Origin: Octopus vulgaris
Taxonomy: Eukaryota
Direction of reading: 5' to 3'
Assembly (NCBI GenBank): GCA_951406725.2
Contig: OX597814.1
Span: 223,634,001 to 223,698,000 of the forward strand
DNA: 64,000 nt
The notes beneath the pieces were generated by a model. That model made no database searches and was not told the origin of the DNA. It was given only the letters and a program-made list of their open reading frames with translations. The position numbers and the translations under genes are program-made. Every line of letters starts with the position of its first letter. Within the stretch, counting starts at the first letter, position 1. Below, piece by piece: positions 1 through 14,292 of this stretch.

Positions 1-68
1 ACCTAATAATAATGTTTTTTACTCTAGTCACAAGATCCGAAATTTGGGGGGAGGAGGCCAGTTGGTTA

Positions 69-123
69 GAAGAAGAAGAAGAAGAAGAAGAAGAAGAAGA
101 AGAAGAAGAAGAAGAAGAAGAAG

Positions 124-155
<32 letters not shown>

Positions 156-279
156 GAACAAGAAGAACAAGAAGAACAAGAACAAGAACAAGAAGAGGGA
201 GGAGAAGAAGAAGAACAAGAACAAGAACAAGAAGAGGGGGGAGAAGAAGTAGAAGAAGAAGAAGAAGAAGAAGAAGAAG

Positions 280-311
<32 letters not shown>

Positions 312-335
312 GAAGAAGAAGAAGAAGAAGAAGAA
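69..335. repeat. Compound (GAA)n/(CAA)n microsatellite
   Basis: Visible trinucleotide runs. They explain the poly-E/poly-R/poly-F ORFs. Confidence 0.95.
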
Positions 336-467
336 GGTCTTATTTATTAGCTTAATTGTTATTACTGTTCTAATTTTTGCTGTTGAAAATGGTCTTGTTA
401 AGAAGTGTTTGGTGATGATAACGTAACGAGGATAGTGATGAAGAAGTCGAGTAGGTGTGTAATGGTG

Positions 468-505
<38 letters not shown>

Positions 506-1039
506 GCAATGTCGATGGCGATGATGATGGTGATATTCATGGCGTTGAAGATTCTCTTCTACTGTCGTAAATATTGCTTTTGCGGAATACATAAATCGTT
601 GCTTTAGTATGTCTATATTAGTATATATCTTGAAATATATGTATGCATTTTTATTGAACTTCCATTTTTATTTTATTTTTCTTTATGCGCGCGTGTATAT
701 ATGTATATATGTATGTACGTTGGACCGAGGAAGAGATGAAATCTAAAAAGTTTATATGTTCGGATGTATATGGATAATTAAATGTACGTCCATCTATGTG
801 TATACGTCCAGGAGTATATGCATGTGTATAAATCCATGTCGTTGCATACAGACATGTAAATGTGTACGGATGTGCTTAATGCAGCTTTAGGCTGTGGTCA
901 TTTATTTATTTATTTAGGTAGGTCAGGTAGGTAGGTAGGTAGGTAGGTAGGTATGTAGGTAGGTAGGTAGGTAGGTAGGTAGGTAGGTGTTTTCCTGTGG
1001 TTATTATTATTTATCTTTCACTGAGAAGTAAACAAATTA

Positions 1040-1690
1040 AATTAGCGATAAAAGAAGAAAGAAAGGAAAAGTGAGCCGGGAAGAATAATGAAAGAAGGAA
1101 GAATTGGTTCGTGGAGAACGAAGGTAGAAGAAAAAATAATGAATGAAAAAAAATTCTGAAAATGGAAAGGAATGAAGAAAGAAAATATAAAATTTAAAGA
1201 AACAAATAAAGAATGGAGAACGTTTGGAGAATTGAATGTAGAAAGAAAGAAAGAAAAAGAAAGAAAAACATGTTGAGAATTGAAGGTAGAAATAAGGAAG
1301 AAGTGAAAAAAAGAAAAGTGAAGTAAAGAAGTATATAAATTGGATTAGACAAAAGAGAAAAAGCATGAAAGAAGAATGAAAGGAAGAAGAAATTGTCTGG
1401 AAGAACGAAGGAAGAGTGAAAGATAAAGAATGAAGAAAGACTGAAAAATAGAAAAGAATGAAGTATGAACAAAAGAAAGTGAAAAAGGGAGAATGGAAAC
1501 GTTTGGGGGAATGAATGTAGAGAGAATGAAAGAGAGAAAGGAAGATGAAATAAAGAAAAAGAAAGAAAAATACGTTGAGGAATGAAAGTAGAAAGGGAGA
1601 AGGAAAGAAAAGTGAGAGAAAGAAAAATGAATGAAAGACAAAAAGAGAGGGATTTGTAAAGAAAGAAAGAAAGATAGAAAGAAGTTTGTT
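1040..1690. repeat. Purine-rich (GA-rich) low-complexity tract
   Basis: About 650 bp made almost only of A/G, with loosely repeated motifs such as gaatgaaag and aacgtttgg. Confidence 0.8.
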
Positions 1691-1952
1691 ATGGGTGTAA
1701 AATATCCAAAAGAAAATTTATTGAAACCTCTAATATAAAAGTTGATTATCGTGATTGAATGGGAAGCACAACTAATCGTTCGTTTGGGTCTACTAATTGG
1801 AGATTTACAACTATTACTGTATTGTTTGGGGAAGGAATGATAGGGTGCGTTTGTATTGTGTAGCTATTGTTGTGTCCCTTATCAAATGGAAAGAAATCCA
1901 GCTGAATAGAGTAGCAAAAATAAATGTTGTAAGATGTATATAACACACTTGT

Positions 1953-2623
<671 letters not shown>

Positions 2624-4494
2624 AAATTGCAATTAAATATATCGTCTCAATTTGCAATTCTGAATTTTATGCAGTTTTCTGTTTTTGGTCTTTTTTTGCC
2701 CTTCGAACTGGACTGTCTGTCTGTCTGTCTTTCTGTCTGACTATATATATGTACCTGCGTATACAGGAATGTATGTATGTATGTGTGTATGCATGTATAC
2801 ACATGAGTAATGCATTGCTGTAAACAACGCTGCATATTTTACCGTACAGTTTCATATTACTTAAGCATCCCTACAACGAAAGGATGATAAAATAATCATT
2901 GGACTTGGCTGGCCGAACGTGTGTAGGCTGGGTTCTCGCGTATTGAGGGCGAGAAGCTAATGGCATCAGCGCAACAAACCAACGATAGTTTAGCTTCAGT
3001 AAAAAATAAATTACATTAAAGAAAACAAGTGTAAAACCGAGGGCACCATGAAATGGCAGATCGTCTACTTCCGGAATATCCTTGAGATTGATCTGTGAAA
3101 TTTAAACAAAGCTGTGTAAGATTAGCCTGTGTGCTAAAATGAGTTCATTGCATTTGTGTGTATATGAACGGGATAGGATGAAGGGTGTTGAAGGATTGTG
3201 AAAAGGAGAAATGGATGGGGCGGATAATGGAGAGTCAATTAGCCAGTTTGCGATGATGTATTAATATGTTGCATGTGAGTATGTGTCAGGTTTGGGAGAA
3301 AATATAATAATGAAAGAGCAAGTGTGTGAAGGAAGAAGAAAATACAATAGGTTTAAGAAATGGAGACCAAAGTAGGAAGATAAGGAGAGGAGAACGGTTC
3401 AATGGAAATTTTATGAATAAGGGCTAGGGTCAGGGCCAGAGTCAGGGTCAGGGTCGGATGGAAGAAAAGAATGAGAGTCAAAATATGTAGAATTAGATGA
3501 AAAAAAAAAAAGAAAGAAATTGCAAGTAAGTCCAAAAGTGGTATAAACCAATCCTCACTTGTAGGTAGAACTCGAATAATTAGATAAAATGTACTTCTGT
3601 TCGTAAGGGCAGAGGTAGAAAGGCACGTTTTTTAAAGTTCAGAAAGGATCCCTGATCAAACTAGCATTATCATACGTTTGAAAATAAAAAAATATTTTTC
3701 TGTATCTTTCAATACATCTCAACGCTTCTAAAACAAACTTCGTTTACTTTCTTCAAAATAAATATTTTCCCCACGAAACAGAGCCTTCTGCTTTTGTTAG
3801 GATACAGTCTGTACTTATCCAACAATCTCCAGTTGACTTATAATGCAGAGTTTTTTTTTTTATCTTTTTCATTTTCTATTTCTTTTTCAACAAACATATA
3901 TTCTTGGCTAATGATATGATACTAGGACTTTCTTGGATCATAAAACAGAAGTGTGATTGTTCGCTCTGATCATGAAAGGGATTTTAATTACTCCGACCAA
4001 TCGACATACTTGTGTTGTCCTGCTGCCAGACCGATATGTCGATTTACACACCCCATATTCTTGTATTAATAGTCTCCTACATAACTATAACATTCTTTTC
4101 TTTCTTTTGTCGATCCTGTAGCACTGTTTCGTTTTTTTCCGTGCAACTTACCACTCCCTCCTATTGACTCTTTATCCTCCTCCTCTGCCCATTCCATATT
4201 ATTGACAATTGCTCTTAACCTTTGATCTTTCATTATTTTATTTTACCCCACGTATATGCATTCCTATACCACCCCTTCCCAAACAGGCTACTTAACTCTT
4301 CACAACCCACTTCATCACCTTCTCTGTCGCTCTCTTTGACCCTCTTCCCTTATCTCTCACCTTAAACCACTTACCTCAAAAATACAATGCAAACTACTTG
4401 TACAGTGAACAGTCTTAGAGGGGTTGGTCTTGACTTCAGAGGCGATAAGAATCATAAGTCTGGAAGGAATTTGCTTGGCATTTCATATTGATTT

Positions 4495-4700
4495 AAAATT
4501 TTGGCACAAGGCCAGCAGTTTAGCGAGAGGAGCCAAGTTGATTGATTCGACTTCAATGTTCAGCTAGTGTATATTTTATCGACCTCGAAAGGATGAAAGG
4601 CAAAGTCAACCTCGACAGAATTTAAAATCAGATCCCAGAGATGGACGAAATGCCACTAAGCATCTTGCCCGACGTCCCCGTATCTCCCTGATAGCCGCCT
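4495..4700 (-). mobile_element. tRNA-derived SINE family B, degenerate copy
   Basis: Contains the family-B core TTTATCGACC(T)CGAAAGGATGAAAGGCAAAGTC(A)ACCTCG and the AAATTTTGGCACAAGG tail shared with many copies in the window. Confidence 0.75.
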
Positions 4701-6064
4701 TTTGAAAGTGGCCAGCAAGCATCTACAAAAAATCGAACCATCTACTTTAAATTCTGGATGAGCGCTCTGTAACATTAAGCTAAGAAACCCCTGACAACTT
4801 CGCATTTCATACTGCTTTGGGTTTTTCATTCCTGTTTCGTTTTTTGATCCTGTAGCCAAAGATTATTGGAGTTGCTGGCTGGGGGGTTTTCTTTCACAAT
4901 TTCAGGACGAAAGAACGCAAGCTATGCATTTCCAGCCCTACCCGAAATGTCTGATGATTGTCTTATTATTCTTTCGTTGTCTGGAGGTCAGTTCATACAA
5001 AACTGTAAAAACAATATTTATCCCAGAACAATATCTACCGAGACTGACGTCACCAGAAAGCCTGGCGGAAGCCAATACACTTAGACCTTTACCCACATGT
5101 CCTTCTGTTACTCTATCTCTATCTCCTTCTTTCCATCTCTCTGTTTACACATATACTCTGTGTGCGTGCGTGTGTGTGCCTGTGTGTGTGTGCATGTGTG
5201 TGTTATATCCCTGCAATACCTACATTGTTGTTATGTTTATCTTTATTGATCGGGGTTTCTTTCGTTTCTGCCGAATTATTTATGTTGTTAAGTATGTACT
5301 TATTTCATTAGTTGTGGAGCGTATTTATCTAATAATAGAATTATGTCTAGACTTCTCCTGAAACATTCTTATGATATATATGTGTACGTGACAGTGGCCA
5401 AATATATAAGGCAATATATTATATATATCATACATTTATATAATATACATGTATATACATATATATACAAATATATATATACATATATATATATATACAC
5501 ATATATATATATACATATATATATACATATAGATATACATATACGTATACTTATACACATACACACACATACACATATACACATATATATATACTTATAT
5601 ATATGTAGATATATGAAGTGTATTTATATATATATATATATATATACATATATACATATATGTATGTATATGTGTATGTATGTATGTATGTATGTATGTA
5701 TGTATGTTTGACTTGTACACACTCGTACACAAACAATATTATACACATCCAACTCTACAAAGAGATAAAGTAAAACGAAAGAAGCAACTTTAATATGGGC
5801 AAAAAAACTAATATCCGAAGCAGGCAGAAATAGAGATAAGGAGCCGCCGACCATCTCCTGCTCCTCATTCTCTTCATCCAGCTCATCATCGTGTTTATTC
5901 ATGTAATGATATGCAGAAAGACAGATTGATAAACAGACAGAAAATCAGACAATGAAACAGACACACTGATACGTATATGTGTGTGTATATATATATATAT
6001 ATACAAACATACATACACACATACATACACAGAGAGATAGATAGACAAAGATATAGATAGATCT

Positions 6065-6475
6065 CTTAGGCGCAGTAAGTAGCTTGTTTACCAACCACAT
6101 GGTTCCGGGTTCATTCCCACTGCCCGGCACCTTGGGGAAGTGTCTCCTACTATAGGCTCGGACAGACCAAAGCCTTGCGAGTGGATTTGGTAGGCGGAAA
6201 CTGAAAGAAGCCCGTCGTATATATGTATATATATATCTATATATATATGTATGTGTGTGTATATGTTTGTGTGTCTGTGTTTGCCCCCCTCCCACATCGC
6301 TTGACAACCGATGATGGTGTGTTTACGTCCCCGTAACAAAGCGGTTCGGCAAAAGAGCGCGATAGAATAAGTACTAGGCTTATAAAGAATAAGTCCTGGG
6401 GTCGATTAGCTCGACTAAAGACGGTGCTCCAGCATGGCTGCAGTCAAATGACTGAAACAAGTAAAAGAGTAAAGA
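6065..6475 (+). mobile_element. tRNA-derived SINE family A (about 400 bp, internal microsatellite)
   Basis: Head GTAAGTAGCTTG...GGGTTCATTCCC (B-box-like), CACCTTGGG core, internal TA/TG tract and a tail ending ATGACTGAAACAAGTAAAAGAGTAAA. Homologous to 36830, 46115 and 54905. Confidence 0.85.
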
Positions 6476-6559
6476 GAGATATAGATAGATAGATACATAT
6501 ATGCATAAATGCATATATACATACGTCTATTCATAAATAAAAAATATATACACTTTTAT

Positions 6560-6880
6560 CTTTTATTTAAGTCATTAGAACTGTGGCCACGCTGAAGCAT
6601 TGCCTTGTAGGGCTGGTCGAACAAATTTACGCCATTACTATTTGAAGTCTGATAAACTTATTGATTCGTCTATTTTATCAAACTGCTAGATTACGGTGAC
6701 GTAAACAAACCAACATTGGTTGTCGAGCAGTGACGGACTAACATAAAAACAGATCACCCCCTCCACATTTACAACTTCCACACAATTTCCGTCTACCAAA
6801 TTCACTAACGCATTGGTCGGCCAGTGGTTATAGTAGAAGACTATTACGCTAGGTACCGCGCCGTAAGACTGAAATGGAAA
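6560..6880 (-). mobile_element. SINE family A, old degenerate copy
   Basis: Recognisable blocks in reverse orientation: gacgtaaacaaaccaacattggttgtc, tttccgtctaccaaatt and tatagtagaagac. Confidence 0.6.
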
Positions 6881-6939
6881 CTACATACACACTGTCTTGC
6901 CCTGGTCAATATGCATACAGTGATTTAAATATATATTCG

Positions 6940-7328
6940 TTTCAAATTTTGGCACAAGGTCAGCAATTTCGGGGATGGGGTTAAGTCGATTACAGCGACT
7001 CCCCAGTATTCAACTGGTACTTACTTTAACAACTTCGACAGGATGAAAGGCTAAGTAGACCTCGGCAGAATTTGGATTCAGAATGTGGCGACGGACGAAA
7101 TACCTATTTCTTTCCTACCCACAAGGGGCTAAACACAGAGAGGACAAACAAGGACAGACACACGGATTAATTCGATTATATCGACCCCAGTGCGTAACTG
7201 GTACTTATTTAATCGACCCCGAAAGGGTGAAAGGCAAAGTCGACCTCGGCGGAATTTGAACTCAGAACGTAGCGGCAGAAGAAATATCGCTAAGCATTTT
7301 TCCGTCGCGGTAACGATTCTATCAGCCT
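6940..7328 (-). mobile_element. Nested or dimeric SINE family B
   Basis: Two B cores in tandem. The second unit (Tx1-like tail) begins at 7105, directly after GACGAAATACC of the first. Confidence 0.8.
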
Positions 7329-8127
7329 CTATATAAATAAATATTACTGTGCAAAGATACGTCATACGTTATTATCATTTACATCATAACACTCCTCCTC
7401 ACCGTCATCATTGTCATTCTCTTCTGTTAGCATGAACGGTAATCTTCAACACAAGTGACGTGGGATACTCATCATTGAATTCTGAGATATACAAACACGC
7501 AGAGATAGAGAGACCAAGACTAAAGGCAGTGGGTGGTATTTAAACTGGCGACAAACAAATTTATTGTCGCAAAGTAGGAATAGATCCCCGATATATTTTC
7601 ACATAGTTTTCATAAATCTAATTCTCGAATCTTTGGTCGAATCGAAGGTGTGGTAGAGGAAGACTGTCAAATGGACTGTGTAATGGAATTGAGAACGACA
7701 CCATACAGCTGCTAATTTAAATTCGCAATAAAACGATTATGCTTACACAAGTAGAGTACAAAGCCTTCCTGTCATGTACAAGAGCAATATTTCCAGTAAT
7801 TGCTCTTTACTTAATATAGTACAACGGGTATTCATCTACGGACATTTCTATATAGCCACAAAATATAAACAGACTAATTCATATGCAGATAACTCACACT
7901 CACACCCTGCAACCACGCTGCAGACACTGCAGCACAGTTGCTCTAACCCAAGCCAGCTTAAATCGCATAAGCATAACCATCGACGGAGAAGAATACACTT
8001 CTTAGCAACAACAGAGACGCAGTTCTTTTGTTTATAGGGGAAGACGCTGTAAATTTGAATCACCTACCTGTCTATATGTCAGTCACTCTGCCTATCTCAC
8101 TGTCTGTCTAACTGCCAATCTGTTTAC

Positions 8128-8295
<168 letters not shown>

Positions 8296-9261
8296 CTACC
8301 TATCTCTCTTTACTCTTTTACTTGTTTCAGTCATTTGACTGCGGCCATGCTGGAGCACCGTCTTTAGTCGAGCAAATCGACCCCAGAACATATTCTTTCC
8401 ATATGTATGCCCGTTTGTATGTCAATTATATGTTAATTTGCGTTAACGTGTGTATGGTGTGTGTGGGTGTGTGTGCGTATTGGCCGTAATGTCTGACTCT
8501 CTGCGTGTTCCTGTGCGTGTTAGCGTGTATGTTTGCTGTGTGTGCATGCGAGAGTTTCCCGGTATGTGTGTTTGGGAGTTCATTTGTATGTGCAAATTGA
8601 GTGTTTGTATGCATGTGTTTATATACGAGTGTGGGGATATGTGAATAAGTGTGTTCAAATGTGGAAATCCCATACAAAGATATTACGTGTGTGTGTGTTA
8701 TACATGTACATATAAGAGCGTATTTACATGTATTGGGTACCTATGTAGGTGTATATGTATGTGCCTATATAGAATATATATGAGAGTTTGAAGTGTGAGG
8801 TGCGTGAGAAAGTATGAGTTTGAGTGTAAGCACATGTACCTCCTAAGAGTAAAAAATCTTCATTCTGTTTGATATAACGCCAAGTTAATAGCTCACTATC
8901 AAATACGTTGCTATTCCCTCCAATAACTTTGCCAACACTGCGAAGCATGGAAAACACATTGCTATATTATGTAGTTTACAGATGTTATGTAAAAGTGCAT
9001 CATATGTATGCGCGTGTGTTTGTGTGTTTGTGTGTTTGTGTGCGTGTGCATGAATATGTATGTGTGTGCATGTATACACGCATGTATATACATATGCGAT
9101 AGGCTTCGGCACAGTTTCCAACTACCTAATTCATACACAAGGCATTGGTCAAAACTGTGATATAGAACATATCCAAAGTTATATGCCGTGTTAACTTGAG
9201 ATCGCCTGGTTTCAAAGCAAAGGTGTCTACAGCTATATAGGTGTGTATATGTATGTGTTCG

Positions 9262-9353
<92 letters not shown>

Positions 9354-9463
9354 AGGGTAACACCAGATAATTCAGGCCACAAAGAATGATCCAACTCCCT
9401 TTCATCAATAGAATTCATATAGAAGAATCACCAAAAGCACATACTTAATTATTATATAGAATA

Positions 9464-9858
9464 CTAGCAGTATCGCCCGGCGTTGCTCGGGTTTGTAAGG
9501 GAAATAACTATATAAGCATTTTTAGAGATGTAAAGTATAATAACCATCTCAATATGGTAAACCACAAAGAGGGGTGTTACTGTAGCTTTTTACGTTCTGA
9601 GATTTAATAATAAATTTTTAGAGAGTTACTTCCCTTATATATGCCAAAAATGGATTAGAAATGGGAAAAATTGATGGTAATTTTTTTTTTCATCGTAGAC
9701 TCATCGTAGACGCGCGCTAATACCCAGAATGGTTCGATATGAATCACGACTATAAGATACCCGGTTTTGGTTACACTGCACCGCAAAATGTGGGAGTAGT
9801 TAGGAATCTAAATCGTAGGAGACAGACACTCACACAACTTCACTTTTATATATAAAGA
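9464..9858 (-). mobile_element. Non-autonomous Helitron-like element
   Basis: On the minus strand it starts A|TC, ends CTAG|T and has the subterminal hairpin CCCGAGC-AAC-GCCGGG. No TSD. Homologous to 10029-10421 and 49026-49331. Confidence 0.8.
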
Positions 9859-10028
9859 TATAAAAATACATAGGTATAAATAAATGTATATAAATATATA
9901 GATATATTAAATATTTAATAAATATGTAAATACATTAAAAATATATAGGGTAACTGATACAGTTAAAAATATACAGATATGAACATTGATACATAAATAT
10001 ATTAAAATATATCAAAGATGTATAAATA

Positions 10029-10420
10029 TCTTTATATATAAAAGTAAGGTTGTGTGTCTGTCTCCTACGATTTAGATTCCTAACTACTCCCACATTTTGC
10101 GGTGCAGTGTAACCAAAACCGGGTATCTTATAGTCGTGATTCATATCGAGCCCTTCTGGGTATTAGCGCGCGTCTACGATGAGTCTACGATTAAAAAAAA
10201 ATTACCATAATTTTTTTCATTTTAATGCATTTTTCGCTATTAAATAAGGGAAGTAACTCTCTAAAAATGTCTACGATGAGTCAACGATTTAAAAAAAATT
10301 TACCATCATTTTTTTCCATTTTTAATGCATGTTTTTGCTATATTTTTGGCTATAACTCTCTAAAAATGCTTATATAGTTGTTTCCCTTACAAACCCGAGC
10401 AACGCCGGGCGATACTGCTA

Positions 10421-10421
<1 letters not shown>
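10029..10421 (+). mobile_element. Non-autonomous Helitron-like element
   Basis: A|TCTTTATATATAAAAG ... CCCGAGCAACGCCGGG-CGATACTG-CTAG|T matches canonical Helitron termini. Carries an internal duplication of the gtctacgatgagtc block. Confidence 0.8.
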
Positions 10422-10464
<43 letters not shown>

Positions 10465-10894
10465 AAAAAACTTGTCCGACTCTCAGAATAAAAATGAAAT
10501 TAATGAAATGGAAGTTAAAAATTCTGTAAGAAAGTAAAGGACTGATGCTGAATGCAGAAAATGTATAGAAGTGCTAAGAAGATTTGAACTTGCATTCTGA
10601 AGATTTTGTCGAGGACTAAGACCGAAGATGTAAAGTGTGGCAATCAGAGAAGTCCAGATGAGATGATATGGCGATAGTGATGCAAATAAACACGCTTAGG
10701 ATTGAAATGCAAAACATACGTACATATATATTGGCATGCAAATATATAGGGATATATATATATAGAGAGAGAGAGAGAGATCTGATGGCCGCACTGAATC
10801 ATTGAATCTTCATTTTCAGTAACGCCTTCTAGGATGTGGTCATACCATGTCTTTGCGTTTATTATCATTATTAACATTGTTGTTGTTGTTACTA

Positions 10895-12410
10895 TTCAGT
10901 ATCATTCAGTACTATCATTTTTATTACGTGCACTACCGAACGCAGCTCTGTGTGCCTCGGGTATGTTCTGTGGTTTGTTTTGGTGTTGTTATTTTCACTG
11001 CATTGAAAGTGCTTTACGTAGGATGTGTGAGGTGCCTAGCAGTGTTATTTTCTGTATGTTATATATATATTCATAAGGCATGGCGTTTTGGTCATGCATT
11101 TGTATTTGTCTGTATATCTTTTATTCATACCTAACGTATCGATTTATTAAAGGGGTTGTTTCAGTTTTCAGTCTCCACATTCGGCTTATCTCTATTTCCA
11201 GATTTTTCTGTTTCGAGAAATTTTCTTCGTTTCTTTTAGACATACATTGTCGTCTGTTGAGATTGTTACGTCGATTAGAAGGCGCTTACTTTTTAGCGGT
11301 CTTTGACAACTATATCTGGCTTTTAGCTTTGCTCCTTCTATCTGTGCGTATTGGCGTGTCACAATGTATGGCTGCTCTGTCATCTGGGATATGCCAATAC
11401 CATATTTTTTGTGTTGTCATTTCATAGTGCTGACATAGTTTCCAGTACATATAAGTTCAAGCACTGTTACGTATAAGAGTATATATCTTCTTAGCCGAGA
11501 CCGGTCAACTAGAAACAATAAATCATATTGTTTCTTCCACATCATCACATATTCTGCGGTTACTGTATTTTCTTCAATTATGTTTTTAGTGGTTTCTGGT
11601 GGGGCGGCTTTGATCTTGTGCTTGAGATCATCCATATACAAGAGATGGTTGATTGTTTTACCCTAGCAATTGTATCCACCTCCTGTTCTGTGTAGCACGT
11701 CGATTAAAAGCATCAGAGCCAGCCAGGTAGAAAGTGAGAAGAGCGAATCTCCTTGGAATATTCCTCTTCCAGTGGGATCTTTTTTTGTTTTTATGGGTCC
11801 CTCTTTTGTCTGTAACTTCAGAACTGTTTGCCATTTATTCATGACATGGTGTATATATTTTATAAGTTGTAGGGAGACATGTTATGGGTCTGTAGTTTTT
11901 TCGGTTTTGCACATTCAGTGGATTTGAGAATTAGGATGGTTTTCCCTTCTGTGAGCCATTGCAGTATTGTCTCTGGTTCTGTTAGCTTTACATTGAATTT
12001 CACTGCCAGCACCTTATGTGCCCCTTTTAAATAGTTTAGCTAGAAATCAGGGATTTTGTCCTGCCCAGGCGTCCTCCTTGTGCTTAGTTTTTACAGTGCC
12101 TGGGTTAACATTTCCATTGTTATAGGTTTCCAGGGTTGTTCAGGTGCTGTTTGTTACTGTTTTCTGGGGTAGGTTTTTCACGACCCATACTTCTTTCCAA
12201 AATTCTTCCATTTCTCCTGTTGATGGTGCTGTATTGATCTCTGTCTTTTTAACAAGTTCTTAGAATTGCTTTGGATTGGGTTAAACTTCTTGTTTTGTTC
12301 AAAGAATCGTTGGCGTTTTTCATACCGGCGGATTCTTTGATCTTTGATCTCAGGTACATATTTTGTCATTTTATATTTTTGTAGTTTCTTTTCTTCCAGA
12401 TTTTATATGA
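10895..12410 (-). pseudogene. Decayed R4/Dong-like non-LTR retrotransposon (RT plus RLE endonuclease remnants)
   Basis: Frameshifted motifs IFQGDSL, YMDDLK, PDIVV and LLGTSHILRK. The 3' UTR is homologous to 26790-26870. Confidence 0.75.
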
Positions 12411-14292
12411 GTAAGCTCTTCTATTTTCGATTTATTATTATTGTAGTCATCGTTGTCGTTGATATTATTGTTGTTGTTGTTGTTATTATTATTTAATTCT
12501 CTTTATCGTTCTTTTTTAATCAGACACAAAATGTGGAAAACATTTTTAATACCGTACTTCTACATAACGACTCGTGTATTTAATTACTTAGAATAATCTA
12601 TAGCCTTTAGGGTGAAAAGTCTTTAATTTGCAAATTAAATAATTTCTTTTTTACCACTCATAAACAATCAAAAGAAAAAATATTTTAAATATCTCTCATA
12701 AAAAAATTCGAACGAAAACGAATACATTTCTGTAATCAGTAAACAGAAAAGAAGAAAATAGAAATTAATGTCCTTCATAGAAAATATTTATATTACAACC
12801 GAATACACGAAGAAAAAAGAATACTACCCCAAATGACGATAACAACGGCGGCAATAACTTTGTTACACGCACGCACAAACGCACACACACTCACATACAT
12901 ACACACACAGGCTTTCGCCAAGTGAAATAGTTAATGGAGAGTTCGAAAAAAGAAGCAAGGAAAGCATTTTTAGCCTTCCTTTCGCTGAATCTACAAGAAG
13001 CAGATGGATCATGTATGGCGGAGAAGAGTCATTATGGTAAAGCTGCTGTTGAACAAGAGCAGGCGTATCCGAGATTCGCTATTTTATCAAACAGCCGGAC
13101 TAAAATATGTCTCTGCATCTCGAAAGACACGTTTCTTAGTTTCTCCGAAAAAAAAATTAGACAGTCTGGTTGATGTGAATAAAATAACTTCTACCCTCCA
13201 AGGAAGATACTCTGAAACCTTAAGCGTAATATACAAAACACCAGAATCAGAGAAAAGTTAAGCTTATGCCTCACATATCTGCCAAGAAAGTCGCGCCACA
13301 TTATTGAGTGCGATACATGAAGTTGAGACTTTGTTCGTCGTCAATTTTGCGGGTCAATAGAAGCAAGTAACAAAAACATATGTAATTGAGAGTATTTTAT
13401 ACTGGTATATAAGTCCTAATGACTCGCAAATGTCATAAGGTAGCTCTGAATTGCGCTCCTTTGAGAGCGCGGAAAGACTATGCGGTTGGTGGCGCAAAAC
13501 AGAAACGTGGTATTTAAACTTGTAACAGTAAGACCCATCTGGGTTTTTCTACCATGTGGAGCCAGAAAAGTACAGAAAGATAGAGTCACAGAAGCAACAA
13601 CAATACCAGCAGCTTTCGGCAAATGCTGTTTCAATAGTGCCGCTAGTAATAGCTTCAGAAATCGAGAATGTTGGCTTGTGCTGGAACCAAGAGATGTGTT
13701 CTCTGTCGTCAACCAGTAGCATCACACGATCGTTTTACGGCATTGAGGAAGTGACAGAAAGCAAGTATTTATGACAGACTACTGGAGACAACAGGAAAGA
13801 CAAGGAACACTAAAAGAACTCAAAAAATTAACAAACCCATGAGAAAACGAGCAAAATATGTGCTGGAAATCCACTCACGTATGCATTAAATTCAGAGTTC
13901 TTAGCATGAAAGAACGAATTGATACAGGTACAGAACGAACAACAGTAAGGGGGGAAATAGAAAAGCATTTGCTGAGAACATTGTCCCCGATTTTGTGGGA
14001 CACTTTAATGATAGACAATTAGTGAGAAATAAACTTATAGCATAAAATCTGTGTGTATGTGTGTGTGTGTGTGTGGTGTTACGCTAAGAAATAGTGAACG
14101 GTATCAGAATTTTCGACTCGAGCCAAATATAACAGACCCTTCCAGAACGTTGTTGGAGTATCAACATAAGTAGAGTCAAGGCCGGTTGGATTGTACTGGC
14201 ATCGACTCGATTTAGGTTAGTGATATTTTGAAACCAAATTTTTGAAATGCTTTAACTGAGGAATGTTTACGTAATTGATTTATTTCCTATTA

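Noticed and set aside
13380-13800. TATA-like GTATATAAG followed by short ORFs in non-repetitive sequence (possible promoter or first exon)
   Set aside because: No recognisable protein similarity or convincing splice structure, and TATA-like words are common in AT-rich DNA.
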